Shown: positions 41,173 to 51,650 of the stretch, one piece after another
Position numbering within the stretch: position 1 is the stretch's first letter
How the letters are laid out: each line of letters begins with the position of its first letter
NCBI GenBank assembly: GCA_965261825.1
Contig: OZ253484.1
Span: 532,695 to 596,694, forward strand
DNA from: Dehalococcoidia bacterium
GTDB taxonomy: Bacteria > Chloroflexota > Dehalococcoidia > Lucifugimonadales > QGNO01
DNA: 64,000 nucleotides
Direction of reading: 5' to 3'
The notes under the pieces: generated by a model
The model's database searches: none
What the model was told of the DNA's origin: nothing
What the model saw: the letters and a program-made list of their open reading frames with translations, nothing else
Position numbers and translations under genes: made by a program

Positions 41173-41327
41173 CTCATATCTCCTGATTTACAGTTGGGAT
41201 TATACTTAGGAGCAATTACAGATTACCATACAGCACCCGGAGTTGACCGTACAACTTTCCTGCACAGTCCCGAGGTGTTGCATAGATTGACAAGCAGGTT
41301 TGGCCCCTAAGGGATAACTGAGGACCC

Positions 41328-42203
41328 ATGCTTCGCCATACGTTCGCTCTTCTCTGTTCCGGCTTGGCTATCCTGATATTGGGTTGCGCGTCCCCAACCG
41401 CAACGCCCACGCCCACGGCTACGGCTACTCCCGCACCGGAGCCAACGGTCGTTTGGCCGTCTCTGGCCTCCATTGAACCGCAAACGGTGTCTCCCGGAGA
41501 GAAAGTCCTGATTTCGGGAAGCGGGGGATACCTCTTCGTACCGCCTGGTGGGTACATAGAAGACAGCAGGATTTTTGAGGCCTTCTTTGACGGTGAGCCC
41601 ATAGGTTCAGTGACGTGTTTCGTCAATACGTGTCAGGGAGAGTTCAGTGTGCCTGAAACCGCGGAACCCGGGGAACACACAGTATCGTTGGAAGGCGGGG
41701 CACAGGCTTCCATCCTGGTAGAGGAGGTCTCATTGGACGAAATCAAGGAGAGGCTAGGCTATGCCCTGCTGCCGGAGTACGTCCCCAACGGATTGAGGTT
41801 CAGCGCGGCAAACGTGAGCGGCTTGAGGGGGCACCTCATCTTCGATGGCCCCGAGGGCAGGCTCTACGTATCTTATCCCGTCTCCTTTTCAGAGGAGGGC
41901 TTCCTAGTGGAGGGGGACCCGAATTCCGCAAGACGCCCTGACGACGCGGTTACAGAGGTAGAGTTGGAAGGAGGGATGGGCCACCTGGTGCGGGGCAAGT
42001 GGTCGGATGCAACCGTGGCTATGGGGCCGTTCATGGATCCGGAACTGGCACAGTGGGAGTACGATGGCGTCCTGTCCCTGTTCTGGAGCACGCGTGTCCA
42101 GGAAAGCAACGTAGACTTTGTGATACAGGCGCGGGGCAGTTCATTAGACTGGATAGGACAGGAAGACATGGCCCAGATCGCTGTGTCTCTGAAGCAAAGG
42201 TGA
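41328..42203 (+). CDS. Hypothetical lipoprotein (Pro/Thr linker, Ig-like N-terminal domain suspected)
   Basis: Lipobox ILGC, PTATPTPT linker; no catalytic motif recognised. Confidence 0.75.
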   Translation: MLRHTFALLCSGLAILILGCASPTATPTPTATATPAPEPTVVWPSLASIEPQTVSPGEKVLISGSGGYLFVPPGGYIEDSRIFEAFFDGEPIGSVTCFVNTCQGEFSVPETAEPGEHTVSLEGGAQASILVEEVSLDEIKERLGYALLPEYVPNGLRFSAANVSGLRGHLIFDGPEGRLYVSYPVSFSEEGFLVEGDPNSARRPDDAVTEVELEGGMGHLVRGKWSDATVAMGPFMDPELAQWEYDGVLSLFWSTRVQESNVDFVIQARGSSLDWIGQEDMAQIAVSLKQR

Positions 42204-42205
42204 GT

Positions 42206-42997
42206 TCATACCTGGGCCAGCATCTGAAAAACGGCGCCCGCTATCATCAATACACCCACGCTCAGGACAAACGGTCCAAGGTTGACTCGTTCAGCCAGCC
42301 GCAGCAGGACTCTTATGCTGAGGAGGCCTACCAGAAACGCGACAACGCTTGCCACTATACCTTCTATCCCCATGAGTGCGTTGTCCCTGAAATAAGCGAA
42401 TAGCGCCGCACCCAATCCGGCGGGAACGCTCATGAGGAAGCTCAGAGTAAGGGACTCCCGTCTGTCCAGTCGACGGGCAAGAAGCACGGCCACGGTCAGT
42501 CCGGAGCGACTCAGGCCGGGCAGTACGGCCACTCCCTGGAATATGCCGCACAGTAGGGCGTCCTTCAGTGATACGCAGGCCAATCCCCTGACACCGCAAC
42601 CGCGTCTACGGAGCTGGACTGCCCCGGTGAAGAGCAGCAGTACACCTACAATAACCATTGCCGGCGCACCCATTCGATTCGACAACTCGTCCAGGAGCAG
42701 CAGCAGCGGAACTGCTATCGCCGCACTGATTAGCGTTGCCACCACAAGAAAGCGCAACAGGGGGGAGGGGGCTAGGGGAGTAGACGTCATCTCTTTGATC
42801 AGGTCACTGGCCTGCCTGCGAAAGGCAACCAGCGCGGAGAAGGCGGTGCCCAAGTGCAGCCACAGGGCATAGGCCACGGCTTCAGAAAGGGACGTGTTCC
42901 GCAGAAGAGAGTAGGCGGCGGCAACGGCGCCCTCCGAGCTTATGGGCAGCCACTCCGTGACACCTTGAACGACTCCGAGCAGGACGGCTATATCCAT
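42206..42997 (-). CDS. uppP: Undecaprenyl-diphosphate phosphatase (BacA)
   Basis: QGVTEWLPISSEG, LHLGT, LPGLSRSGLT, SFLMSVP. Confidence 0.9.
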   Translation of the reverse strand: MDIAVLLGVVQGVTEWLPISSEGAVAAAYSLLRNTSLSEAVAYALWLHLGTAFSALVAFRRQASDLIKEMTSTPLAPSPLLRFLVVATLISAAIAVPLLLLLDELSNRMGAPAMVIVGVLLLFTGAVQLRRRGCGVRGLACVSLKDALLCGIFQGVAVLPGLSRSGLTVAVLLARRLDRRESLTLSFLMSVPAGLGAALFAYFRDNALMGIEGIVASVVAFLVGLLSIRVLLRLAERVNLGPFVLSVGVLMIAGAVFQMLAQV

Positions 42998-43205
42998 ATG
43001 GTCAGCATCGCTTTCGCTGATGTTGTAGACTGGGACTTTCCACTAGAATAACCCGGCGACGTGGTCATCCCTGTTGCAAGCATATTCAAGACGGGGATTG
43101 CAGCCTGCTTCGAACTTACCATACTGGCCGGCACATGAAACAGCCCCTGTTGTGCGACGCATTTCTGACGCCTATAATCACAGCACTTAACGTACGCTTG
43201 AGAAT

Positions 43206-43880
43206 ATGAGTAGGCCCAATACCATAGCTATAGACGGTCCAGTTGCATCGGGCAAGACGTCCGCAGGGCGCATGCTGGCCGGGAAGCTGGGGTATAGATT
43301 CCTGGATACCGGCTTGATGTACCGCGCCTTAACCTGGGCGGCCGTTCACAACAATATAGACCCGATGGATGTCGATACGGTAGTCAGACTGGCGCAGGAA
43401 CCGATTATAAACGTGCACTTTGACGATAGCCGAGTGGCGTCCGTATATCTTGGAGATTGGGACGCCACTCCGTATCTGAGAGACCCGGATGTTGAGAGGC
43501 ACGTCTCACATGTGTCACGTATAGCCGCGGTGCGGAGAGAGTTGGTTAGGCAGCAACGCGTCATAGCCGGGGGCGGGCCAATTGTAATGGCGGGCCGGGA
43601 TATAGGCACCGTGGTGCTTACCAATGCGGATCTCAAGATATTCTTGACCGCTTTTGCCGAAGTGCGCGCCAGACGCCGCAGCGAGGAGCAATCCGCTATG
43701 GGACAAGAGGCCTCTTTTGAAGAGGTGCTGGCGGAAATACAAGCGAGGGACTTGATGGACTCCCAGCGCAGGGTGGGACCGCTCAAGCCCGCGGAAGACG
43801 CCCACATTATCCACACCGATGATCTATCGCTGGAGCAAGTGGTAGAGTGGGCGATGGAGTTGATAGAGGAGATGCGGTGA
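43206..43880 (+). CDS. cmk: Cytidylate kinase
   Basis: IAIDGPVASGKT, LDTGLMYRA, GRDIGTVV, RDLMDSQR. Confidence 0.95.
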   Translation: MSRPNTIAIDGPVASGKTSAGRMLAGKLGYRFLDTGLMYRALTWAAVHNNIDPMDVDTVVRLAQEPIINVHFDDSRVASVYLGDWDATPYLRDPDVERHVSHVSRIAAVRRELVRQQRVIAGGGPIVMAGRDIGTVVLTNADLKIFLTAFAEVRARRRSEEQSAMGQEASFEEVLAEIQARDLMDSQRRVGPLKPAEDAHIIHTDDLSLEQVVEWAMELIEEMR

Positions 43881-44539
43881 CGCTTGTATACAAAGTGAGC
43901 AGGGTTCTGGGCAGGTTCTGCTTCTTCACCTTTGGGCGCTGGGAAGTTGTAGGCCAGGAAGGGATCCCGCCTAGAGGAAGGTTGATAGTGGTGGCCAATC
44001 ATCAATCCAACGCCGATCCACCTGTACTGGTCGCCGGCATAAACCGTCCCCTCAACCTGGTGGCGAAACGCAGACTGTTCCGCCATCCGGTGGTGTCCTG
44101 GTTTATGCACCAATGGCATGGCTACCCAACCGGCAGGAACGGACGTGACGTCTATTTGCTGAGGCGGCTGCTCAGAAAACTGGAAGGGGAGGAAGTGGTG
44201 GCATTGTTCCCCGAGGGGACCAGAAATCCTCGCGGCATTGGCCCGGTGAACAACGGCGTGGCATACCTTGCTTTGAAATCCAACGCGCCCATCCTACCCG
44301 TGGGCATTACTGGCACGGAGAACGTCCAATCCTTCAAGCGCTTGCCGTTCCCCTTTACACATTTAAAGGTCAATATCGGCCAGCCGTTCAGCTTGCCCCC
44401 CATCGAAGGCAAGGTCAGGGGCCCCTTGCTCGATTCGCTGACCGAGATGATCATGGACCGTGTCGCGGCATTGCTGCCTGAGGAGTATAGGGGGGAGTAC
44501 CTGGCAAGGCGTACAATACCCCGGCGCGATCTCGCCTGA
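43877..44539 (+). CDS. plsC: 1-acyl-sn-glycerol-3-phosphate acyltransferase
   Basis: NHQSNADP, FPEGTR; GTGA overlap with cmk. Confidence 0.88.
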   Translation: MTLVYKVSRVLGRFCFFTFGRWEVVGQEGIPPRGRLIVVANHQSNADPPVLVAGINRPLNLVAKRRLFRHPVVSWFMHQWHGYPTGRNGRDVYLLRRLLRKLEGEEVVALFPEGTRNPRGIGPVNNGVAYLALKSNAPILPVGITGTENVQSFKRLPFPFTHLKVNIGQPFSLPPIEGKVRGPLLDSLTEMIMDRVAALLPEEYRGEYLARRTIPRRDLA

Positions 44540-44560
44540 ACGCGTCGATACCTAGTCATT

Positions 44561-46405
44561 ATGTGCGGAATCATGGGCTATATAGGGAGCAAGGAAGCGG
44601 CGCCAATACTCCTACAAGGGTTGGAGCGTCTGGAGTACCGCGGGTATGACAGTGCGGGCATTGCCGTTGTGAATGGAGAGGGGCTTGTTGCCGTGCACAA
44701 GGCCCCGGGAAAGCTGAGTGCGCTTGTCAAATCGCTGAACGGCAGCCTTCCCCTGGGAATGGTGGGCATTGGACACACGCGCTGGGCTACGCACGGCAGC
44801 CCCAACGAGGTAAACGCGCACCCTCACGGAGATTGCAATAGGGACGTGGTGATAGTCCACAACGGCATTGTGGAGAACTATCTCAGCCTGAAGCAGCAAC
44901 TCCAAGAAGACGGCCATAGATTCAGCTCACAAACGGATACCGAGGTCATAGCCCACCTTGTCGAGACTTTTATGGCGGAGGGCGCCCCCTTCGAAGAGGC
45001 GGTTGCCTCGTCGGCCAGGGCAATACAGGGAGCTCAAGCCGTGGTGGCCATGCTCGCTTCACAGCCGGATCGCCTGGTCGCCTTCCGCTTGGGTAATGCC
45101 GGCGGGATCACGGTTGGCTACGGCGAAGGGGATATGTATCTTGCCAGCGATCTGCCTGCCCTGCTTCCCTACACCTCCCGTGTTGTCTACCTTGGCCCCG
45201 GTGAGCTGGCAGAGATATGGCCCGACCGCGTCCACTACCGTTCGCTGGACAATGGCGCTGTGGAGAGACTGCCGCAGCAGGCCCCCTACGGCACCCTGGC
45301 CCTGGCCAAGGGTGGTTTCAAACATTTTATGCTGAAGGAGATAATGGAGCAGCCCCAGGCTTTGCTTCAGACCCTGTCCGGCAGAGTTTCCTTTGACCCT
45401 CCGCGTGTAGTGCTGGAAGGATTCCCGTTCTCCGACTCAGAGATAGCAGATTTGAATAGAGTGGTGCTCACCGGCATGGGCACCAGCCTGCTGGCGGCAC
45501 AGGTAGGCCGCCACTATATAGAGAAGCTGGCCGGTCTGCCAGCAGAGGCGGACAACGCTTCCGAGCTGCGATACAGGGATCCCGTAGTAGACAAGCGCAC
45601 CCTGGTTGTTTCGGTCAGCCAGTCGGGAGAGACGGTGGATACCCTTGCCGCAATAGAGGAGGCAGCGCGCAAGAACGCCAGGCAGATCTCCGTCTGCAAC
45701 GTGGATTCCAGCCAGGCGACCCGTATTGTAGACGGCACGGTGAACATAGGCGTAGGGCCGGAGATTGGGGTTGCCACCACAAAGTGTTTTACTGGGTCCA
45801 TTGCGGCGCTCTACCTGCTCGCGGCATATTTGGGTAGAGCCAGGCAGGCTATTGACGACGAGATGCTGAGCAAACTGCTACAAGACCTTTCCTCCATTCC
45901 AAGGTTGATGGGCCAGGCGCTGGAACAGGAGAAGCGCATAGAAGAGCTGGCCCAGAAGCTGCATAGATATGAGAACTTCCTCTACCTGGGCCGCGGCTTG
46001 AACATGCCCGTTGCCCTGGAGGGCGCTCTGAAGCTGAAGGAGGTCAGCTACATCCATGCCGAGGGCTACCCTGCGGGAGAGATGAAGCACGGCCCAATAG
46101 CACTCATAGATGAGAATATGCCGGTGGTGGTGATTGCGCCGCGGGACGGTCTGTACGATAAAATGCGGGGCAACGTTGAGGAGGTTAAGGCAAGAGGAGG
46201 AAGGATAATAGCCCTGGTTAGCGAGGGCGACAAAGACATTGCGGCCCTGGCCGACGAGGTCATTGAGATTCCACAGACACCGGAGCTTCTTACTCCCATA
46301 GTCTCTGCCGTGCCCTTGCAGATGCTGGCCTATCACGTGGCGGTGCGTAGAGGCTGTGACGTGGACCAGCCAAGGAATCTGGCAAAGACGGTAACTGTGG
46401 AGTAG
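44561..46405 (+). CDS. glmS: Glutamine-fructose-6-phosphate transaminase
   Basis: MCGIMG, LEYRGYDSAG, HTRWATHG, SQSGET, PRNLAKTVTVE. Confidence 0.97.
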   Translation: MCGIMGYIGSKEAAPILLQGLERLEYRGYDSAGIAVVNGEGLVAVHKAPGKLSALVKSLNGSLPLGMVGIGHTRWATHGSPNEVNAHPHGDCNRDVVIVHNGIVENYLSLKQQLQEDGHRFSSQTDTEVIAHLVETFMAEGAPFEEAVASSARAIQGAQAVVAMLASQPDRLVAFRLGNAGGITVGYGEGDMYLASDLPALLPYTSRVVYLGPGELAEIWPDRVHYRSLDNGAVERLPQQAPYGTLALAKGGFKHFMLKEIMEQPQALLQTLSGRVSFDPPRVVLEGFPFSDSEIADLNRVVLTGMGTSLLAAQVGRHYIEKLAGLPAEADNASELRYRDPVVDKRTLVVSVSQSGETVDTLAAIEEAARKNARQISVCNVDSSQATRIVDGTVNIGVGPEIGVATTKCFTGSIAALYLLAAYLGRARQAIDDEMLSKLLQDLSSIPRLMGQALEQEKRIEELAQKLHRYENFLYLGRGLNMPVALEGALKLKEVSYIHAEGYPAGEMKHGPIALIDENMPVVVIAPRDGLYDKMRGNVEEVKARGGRIIALVSEGDKDIAALADEVIEIPQTPELLTPIVSAVPLQMLAYHVAVRRGCDVDQPRNLAKTVTVE

Positions 46406-46427
46406 TATGCCCGCTTGGGAGGATTTT

Positions 46428-46643
46428 ATGGACAGAGACAAAATAGGCATCTACGTAAACCCCGGCGAAGGAGCTGTAGTGCGGATAACGTCCCCCTACT
46501 GGCTTCCTGAAGAGCCCGCCTGGAAGCTTGTGACCAGCGATCCCAACGCTACGCTGGTAGCCGTCAGGCAGGCCATTAAAGACAAGGGCATAATGCAGGA
46601 CGCCTCCGGCGTAGTCTGGATCAGCATTCCCGACAGGGGATAG
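46428..46643 (+). CDS. Hypothetical 71-aa protein
   Basis: GGGAGG RBS; MDRDKIGIYVNP...VRITSPYWLP; directly after glmS. Confidence 0.7.
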   Translation: MDRDKIGIYVNPGEGAVVRITSPYWLPEEPAWKLVTSDPNATLVAVRQAIKDKGIMQDASGVVWISIPDRG

Positions 46644-46695
46644 GCCGGCATACTCTACCATGACCGTAAAGCATGGTGATTTCCTCTTTATCTAG

Positions 46696-47958
46696 ATGTC
46701 TTTGCTGACTGCCTTGAGTTCACGGTTGAGCCTGTTCGAGGCGCTGCAATACCGGGACTATCGCATCTTCTGGTTCGGCCAGGTGGTCTCCGTCATGGGC
46801 TTTCAGATGCTCATCGTGACCATTGGCTGGCTGATGTATGACATCACGGGCTCGTCCGTACAGTTGGGGCTTGTCGGGCTGTCCATGGCTGTACCCGCTA
46901 TCGTTTTGAACCTGTTTGGAGGTGTGGTAGCGGACAAGGTGAACCCCAGACGCCTGATAATGATAGTGCAGTCGCTGAACGCGGTAGCCGTAGGCACTAT
47001 GGCCACCCTGGCCTTGATGGGACTGGTACAACCCTGGCACATCATGGCTAACGCATTCATAATGGGAGCTCTGGGCGCCTTCGACCAGCCGTCGCGGCAG
47101 GCTATCTTTCCTCATCTCATAGACCGGCGGGTGATGATGAACGCCGTGGCGATGAACTCCATGATATGGCAGGGCAGTAGAATAGTTGGTCCTGCCATAG
47201 CCGGGGTGCTCATCGCCTGGGTTGGAGCGCCTTTGACGCTGTATCTTGCCACCGCCGGCTTCCTGGTATTTGTGGTGTTCCTAAGCGCGATACGCATGCC
47301 CAGGATCCCGAGGTCCCGTTCGTCAACCTTCTTCAGAGACCTCCTGGATGGCCTGTCCTTCGTGCGGAAACACCACATCTTTGCCTTTCTGCTGGGTATG
47401 ACCTTCTTCAACAGCTTCTTTGGCCTGGCCTATGTTTTCCTGCTGCCCATATTCCAAAAAGACATTCTGGGAGTTGGACCGTCGGGGCTTGGCTTCCTTC
47501 ATGCCATGAGTGGAATAGGGGCGGTGACTGGGACTCTGATAGTGGGGTCTTTGCGTGATTTCCAGAACAAGGGTCTTGTGCTCATTGGTGGCGCAATTGC
47601 CTTTGGAACGCTGCTCATCCTGTTTGGCTATTCCAATTGGTTCCCTGTTTCTCTGGCGCTGGTGGCTTTGGCCGGGATGTCCACTGCCAGCTACATGATT
47701 CTGGCTCAGAGCACGTTGCAACTGCTGGTGCCCGATCAACTGCGCGGCAGGATTATGGGACTGTGGGGCATGACCTTCAACATAATGCCGCTCGGCGGGT
47801 TTTATGCAGGAATGCTCGCCAGCTACATCGGTGCTCCAAGCGCTGTGGCAATCGGCGGCGCGGCGGTGATAGCTTTTGCCGTATTCGGCGCTGCTCGCGA
47901 CCGGCAGGTGCGCAGGCTGGACATACCGTCCCTACAGAGCACGATCAAGGGAACATGA
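46696..47958 (+). CDS. MFS transporter (MFS_3/DUF894-like)
   Basis: YRDYRIFW, GGVVADKVNPRR, FDQPSRQA, VPDQLRGRIM. Confidence 0.9.
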   Translation: MSLLTALSSRLSLFEALQYRDYRIFWFGQVVSVMGFQMLIVTIGWLMYDITGSSVQLGLVGLSMAVPAIVLNLFGGVVADKVNPRRLIMIVQSLNAVAVGTMATLALMGLVQPWHIMANAFIMGALGAFDQPSRQAIFPHLIDRRVMMNAVAMNSMIWQGSRIVGPAIAGVLIAWVGAPLTLYLATAGFLVFVVFLSAIRMPRIPRSRSSTFFRDLLDGLSFVRKHHIFAFLLGMTFFNSFFGLAYVFLLPIFQKDILGVGPSGLGFLHAMSGIGAVTGTLIVGSLRDFQNKGLVLIGGAIAFGTLLILFGYSNWFPVSLALVALAGMSTASYMILAQSTLQLLVPDQLRGRIMGLWGMTFNIMPLGGFYAGMLASYIGAPSAVAIGGAAVIAFAVFGAARDRQVRRLDIPSLQSTIKGT

Positions 47959-48086
47959 ACGCGGTGGTAGGCAGGATGCCAGGGAGACGCGCCGGTTCGT
48001 TATCCGGTCCGTTATGGGGAATCTGCCCCAATAGCGGTCTCTATGCTAAACTGGTAGGACGGTTGACCTGATGTTGGAGAGTTGGC

Positions 48087-49286
48087 ATGGCTGAACAGCC
48101 TAAAGACCTGATCTACATGGACCACGCCGCCACGTCCAAGATGCGGCCTGAGGTTCTGGAGGCCATGTTGCCGTATTTCATGGAGAGCTACGGCAATCCC
48201 TCTAGCATCTACACCCTGGCTCAAGAAGCGCGCAAGGCCGTGGATGAGTCCAGGGAGACGGTGGCGCGGATTCTGGGTTGCCGTACCAGCGAGGTGATTT
48301 TCACCAGCGGAGGCACGGAGTCCGACAACACGGCGGTCTACGGAGCGGCCATGGCTCTGCAGCCCACCGGCAACCACATCATCACAACCGATATTGAGCA
48401 CCATGCCGTGCTCCACGCCTGCCATTCCCTGGAAAACCTGGGATACGACGTGACGTATCTGCCCGTGGATAGGTACGGTATGGTCGACCTGGAGGATCTG
48501 AACAAGGCCATCACGGATCGTACCATCCTGGTCAGCATGATGTATGCCAACAACGAGATAGGCACCGTCCTACCCGTGGCGGAGGCGGCAAAGCTGGTCA
48601 AAGAGCGTGCCGCCGCCATGGAGCGCAGCATCACGTTCCACACGGACGCCGTTCAAGCCGCGGGATACCTGGATATAGACGTGAAACGGCTTGGAGTGGA
48701 CATGCTGAGCCTTTCCGCGCATAAGTTTCACGGGCCCAAGGGCGTGGGCATCCTCTATGTAAAACGGGGTACTCCTTTCACGCCGCAGCACGTGGGCGGC
48801 AGCCAGCAGAGGCAGCGACGCGCCGGCACGGAGAACGTGGCTGGCATCGTCGGCAGCGCCAAGGCACTCCGGCTGGCCGTGGATGAGCAGGAGTGGCTCA
48901 ATCGGCACACCAGGAGCCTGAGGGACAGGCTTCTCCATGGTATCCAGGAGAAGATACCCTCCGTTTTCTTGAACGGTCACCCGGAACGGCGTCTACACAA
49001 CAATATCAACCTCTCATTCGAGCACCTGGAAGGCGAACCGTTGCTGCTGGGACTGGACTTCGCGGGGGTGGCGGCATCTAGTGGAAGCGCCTGCACGTCG
49101 GCATCCCTGGAACCGTCGCACGTTCTTGTCGCCATAGGGTTGACGGCGGAGCTGGCACAGTCCAGCCTGCGGCTGACGCTGGGCCGGGAAAACACCGATC
49201 AAGACGTGGATTACGTTCTGGAAGTTCTGCCTGATCTGGTGCAAAGGCTGAGATCCATGGCATCCATATCGTCAATAACTGCGTAG
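48087..49286 (+). CDS. iscS: Cysteine desulfurase (IscS/NifS class I)
   Basis: [41 protein letters not shown]. Confidence 0.93.
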   Translation: MAEQPKDLIYMDHAATSKMRPEVLEAMLPYFMESYGNPSSIYTLAQEARKAVDESRETVARILGCRTSEVIFTSGGTESDNTAVYGAAMALQPTGNHIITTDIEHHAVLHACHSLENLGYDVTYLPVDRYGMVDLEDLNKAITDRTILVSMMYANNEIGTVLPVAEAAKLVKERAAAMERSITFHTDAVQAAGYLDIDVKRLGVDMLSLSAHKFHGPKGVGILYVKRGTPFTPQHVGGSQQRQRRAGTENVAGIVGSAKALRLAVDEQEWLNRHTRSLRDRLLHGIQEKIPSVFLNGHPERRLHNNINLSFEHLEGEPLLLGLDFAGVAASSGSACTSASLEPSHVLVAIGLTAELAQSSLRLTLGRENTDQDVDYVLEVLPDLVQRLRSMASISSITA

Positions 49287-49324
49287 CACTGTTATCATTA
49301 TTCCTAATTCCGAGAGACCACAAG

Positions 49325-49882
49325 ATGACCAACCGAGCACTGACCACGTCTGCACTAGTTATTCTCTTCTCCCTGCTGGCCCTGTCCGCGTGTATTTCGG
49401 GGTCGAGCGCCACGGACTGGGCCTTTGGAGAGGCCCTCACCGTCAGGGTAAAGGAGATGCGCCTTGTGGATGAGGTGGCCTACTCAATAGAAGACAACCA
49501 TTACGTGATAAGGCCTTCCCAAGAAGGCAGAATGATTGCGGCAGCTCACCTGGAGCTGCGCAACCGTCAGGCAAACGTTGTATTCCTCTCCATAGACGCG
49601 CAGTCGGCCAGGCTCAGAGACGCCGAGTTCTTTGACTACAGGCCTCTCAATCCATTCCAGGACAGGAGCGAGGTGGCTGAGGCGCTGCCTTCGGATGGAA
49701 GACTGCTTCCCTTCCTCTGGGGAGACGGCATAGACGCTCCTGCCGTGGATCTGCATGAGACCTGTGACGAGGCAGGCTCTCCCTGCGAGCTGGTGGGATG
49801 GATGTTCTTCGAGGTTCCCAGTGAAATAGAGTACTACCAGTTCATTTGGGAGTCCGCGGATACAATATTCATGCGGTTCTAG
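49325..49882 (+). CDS. Hypothetical lipoprotein (DUF4352-like beta-sandwich suspected)
   Basis: Lipobox LSAC; C-terminal GWMFFEVP. Confidence 0.7.
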   Translation: MTNRALTTSALVILFSLLALSACISGSSATDWAFGEALTVRVKEMRLVDEVAYSIEDNHYVIRPSQEGRMIAAAHLELRNRQANVVFLSIDAQSARLRDAEFFDYRPLNPFQDRSEVAEALPSDGRLLPFLWGDGIDAPAVDLHETCDEAGSPCELVGWMFFEVPSEIEYYQFIWESADTIFMRF

Positions 49883-50080
49883 TAGAGCAGGACGCACCAT
49901 GGCACGGGTGGCAGGGGTGAAACAGTGTGGTGTTGTCGGCGCGGTCTTTGTAGTTGCGGGGCTTATAGCAGTGTCAACCAACCCAGCGGGCGCTGGCATA
50001 TTGCTGTTTGTGGGGGCTGCTAGTCTGGGTGGGGGTCTAGCACCGCCGCTAGTTCAAGCTGCCGCAGGGGCTTCTAGCCC

Positions 50081-50558
50081 TTACCAACGCCATGCACAAG
50101 CCTTGATCGCTATCTGGAGCAACAGCAAAGCTCCCGATAGGTACGCAACCGCTGAAAGCCCCACGTAGGCTCTCGGCTCGTTGCTTACGAGGTAAGAACG
50201 GTGCGTACATGGCCACTAATGCCGCCGCTAGGACGCAGGAGGTTGCAAAGAGGGCGGTCTTGCGCTGGCCATACTGCCATACCACAATAAGGGCGGCGAC
50301 GATGGCAAGCGCGGGGCAGCCAATGAGCACCCACAGTTGAATCTCCGAGACCTCGGCTAGGTAGTTGACAGAGGGGGATACCGCCAGAGCCAGCAACTCC
50401 GCCCCGTTGCGGCTATCGGGCGTCCCTTCAAGCCTTAGCCAGGGCAAGAAGAACGCGCCAACAATCCCCAGCGACGCCGCAAAGCTCAGCAGCCACACTG
50501 GACGGGAGCGCAACCTTAGCGCAACCATCAAGCGCCAGTGCGCGAGCCGCGTTTTCAT
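50081..50558 (-). pseudogene. FLPW-motif membrane protein with apparent +1 frameshift near 50195
   Basis: Three TM segments then polar tail in the track frame; the shifted frame gives LVSNEPRAYVGLSAVAYLSGALLLLQIAIKACAWRW* (fourth TM). Confidence 0.65.
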
Positions 50559-51220
50559 TGACTTGTCCTCGCGGGGTCAAACGGCGATAGGGTGATGCTG
50601 CGTATGTTCTCTGAGGCGGCTTGAAAAGCGGCAAGCTCAGCATTTAGGGCGGCGATCTCGGCTGGCACCTTGTCAAACCCGCTGGCGCCAAAAGAGAACT
50701 CCGAGGCCAGCTCCAGCTTGCGTAAGTCCGTGTCAAGGTCAGCAAGGCGCTCCATGATGCTAAGAGCCTCCGCACGGGTATTATGAGCGCGCTCTTGCCA
50801 TTGCTGGAAGAGGGACAAGTCCAGCCTGTCGCTCATCTCCGCCTGTGCCCGCCTTTCCTCGCTGTTGTAACGCGATGTCAGTGCTTTTTGAGCCGCTAGG
50901 TAGGTCGCCGCCCTGGTCTCGGCGTGGCGGATCGCGGCGTCAAACCTGCTGTACGCAGCTTGGGCGCTGGCATACCGAGGCTGCCATTCTTTGATTAGAG
51001 CAGGTAAGTCGGTTATCTGCCCAACGCCTGCGGCGGCAACAAAGCTTTGGTTATCGGCAAGGGACGCTCCGAGCGCTTCCGTCTGGTGCTTAACCATGAC
51101 AAAGCTCTCATCGGCAAGGCTCGCCTCGGAAGCGGAGAGCTCAACATAACCCGCCCAACCGATACCCACAAGCACAGCAAGCACGGCGGCTTTAGAGGTT
51201 AGGTTAAAGAGCCTTTTCAT
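50555..51220 (-). CDS. Hypothetical membrane-anchored helical/coiled-coil protein (weakly DUF2959-like)
   Basis: N-terminal hydrophobic segment, long Ala-rich amphipathic helices; ATGA overlap with the downstream gene. Confidence 0.7.
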   Translation of the reverse strand: MKRLFNLTSKAAVLAVLVGIGWAGYVELSASEASLADESFVMVKHQTEALGASLADNQSFVAAAGVGQITDLPALIKEWQPRYASAQAAYSRFDAAIRHAETRAATYLAAQKALTSRYNSEERRAQAEMSDRLDLSLFQQWQERAHNTRAEALSIMERLADLDTDLRKLELASEFSFGASGFDKVPAEIAALNAELAAFQAASENIRSITLSPFDPARTSQ

Positions 51221-51313
51221 GCCTCGCAGTATAAAGCGGGCGGCGGAGAGTTGCAAAAATAACGTACCCCCGCTAGGCACGGGTTTCCCCTATAGCAAGG
51301 GTGCGCACCGCAC

Positions 51314-51342
51314 TTGACAGTCACAATGGCTGGTGTTAACTT
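51314..51342 (+). promoter_or_regulatory. Sigma70 promoter of the ilv-leu leader
   Basis: TTGACA-17 nt-TAACTT with extended TG. Confidence 0.7.
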
Positions 51343-51370
51343 TGCAAAGATACTAATAAGTGAATACTCT

Positions 51371-51603
51371 GCTTTGAACGGGAGTAGTAGGAGAGGCTCG
51401 GTCACAGAGAGCCGGCGGCATCTGAAAAGCCGGTGACAAAGAGGCCCTGAACTCGCCCGGGAGCGGTTGGCTTGGGCTGTTATGGCTGGAGCCAACGGGG
51501 TTGCACCGTTATCGCAATCGAGAGCCCTGATATGATGTTGGGGAAGAAGGGTGGTACCGCGGGAACCGTTTCCCGTCCCTTAGTGGGACGGGATTTTTTT
51601 GTT
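51371..51603 (+). ncRNA. T-box riboswitch, Leu (CUC) specifier, transcription-termination type
   Basis: AGTA, AGAGA and CTGA stem I motifs, GAA-CTC-G specifier (51449-51455), CCGTTATC, T-box AAGGGTGGTACCGCG (51547-51561), terminator TCCCGTCCC/GGGACGGGA plus T-tract. Confidence 0.95.
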
Positions 51604-51650
51604 GGCAATCAAAACTGAATCTGAAAGAGCTATACGGAGGTAGAGGAGAA

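Noticed and set aside
41173-41327. HAIR operator upstream of lon
   Set aside because: No TTGA-N11-TCAA pattern found
43003-43026. GAAA-tetraloop hairpin just upstream of the uppP start
   Set aside because: Single small hairpin with no recognisable riboswitch motifs; insufficient evidence
44540-44560. glmS ribozyme
   Set aside because: Intergenic gap is only 21 nt
49899-50168. Hydrophobic 89-aa ORF on the + strand
   Set aside because: Weak RBS, overlaps the repaired minus-strand gene, no recognisable family; cannot be supported though not excluded
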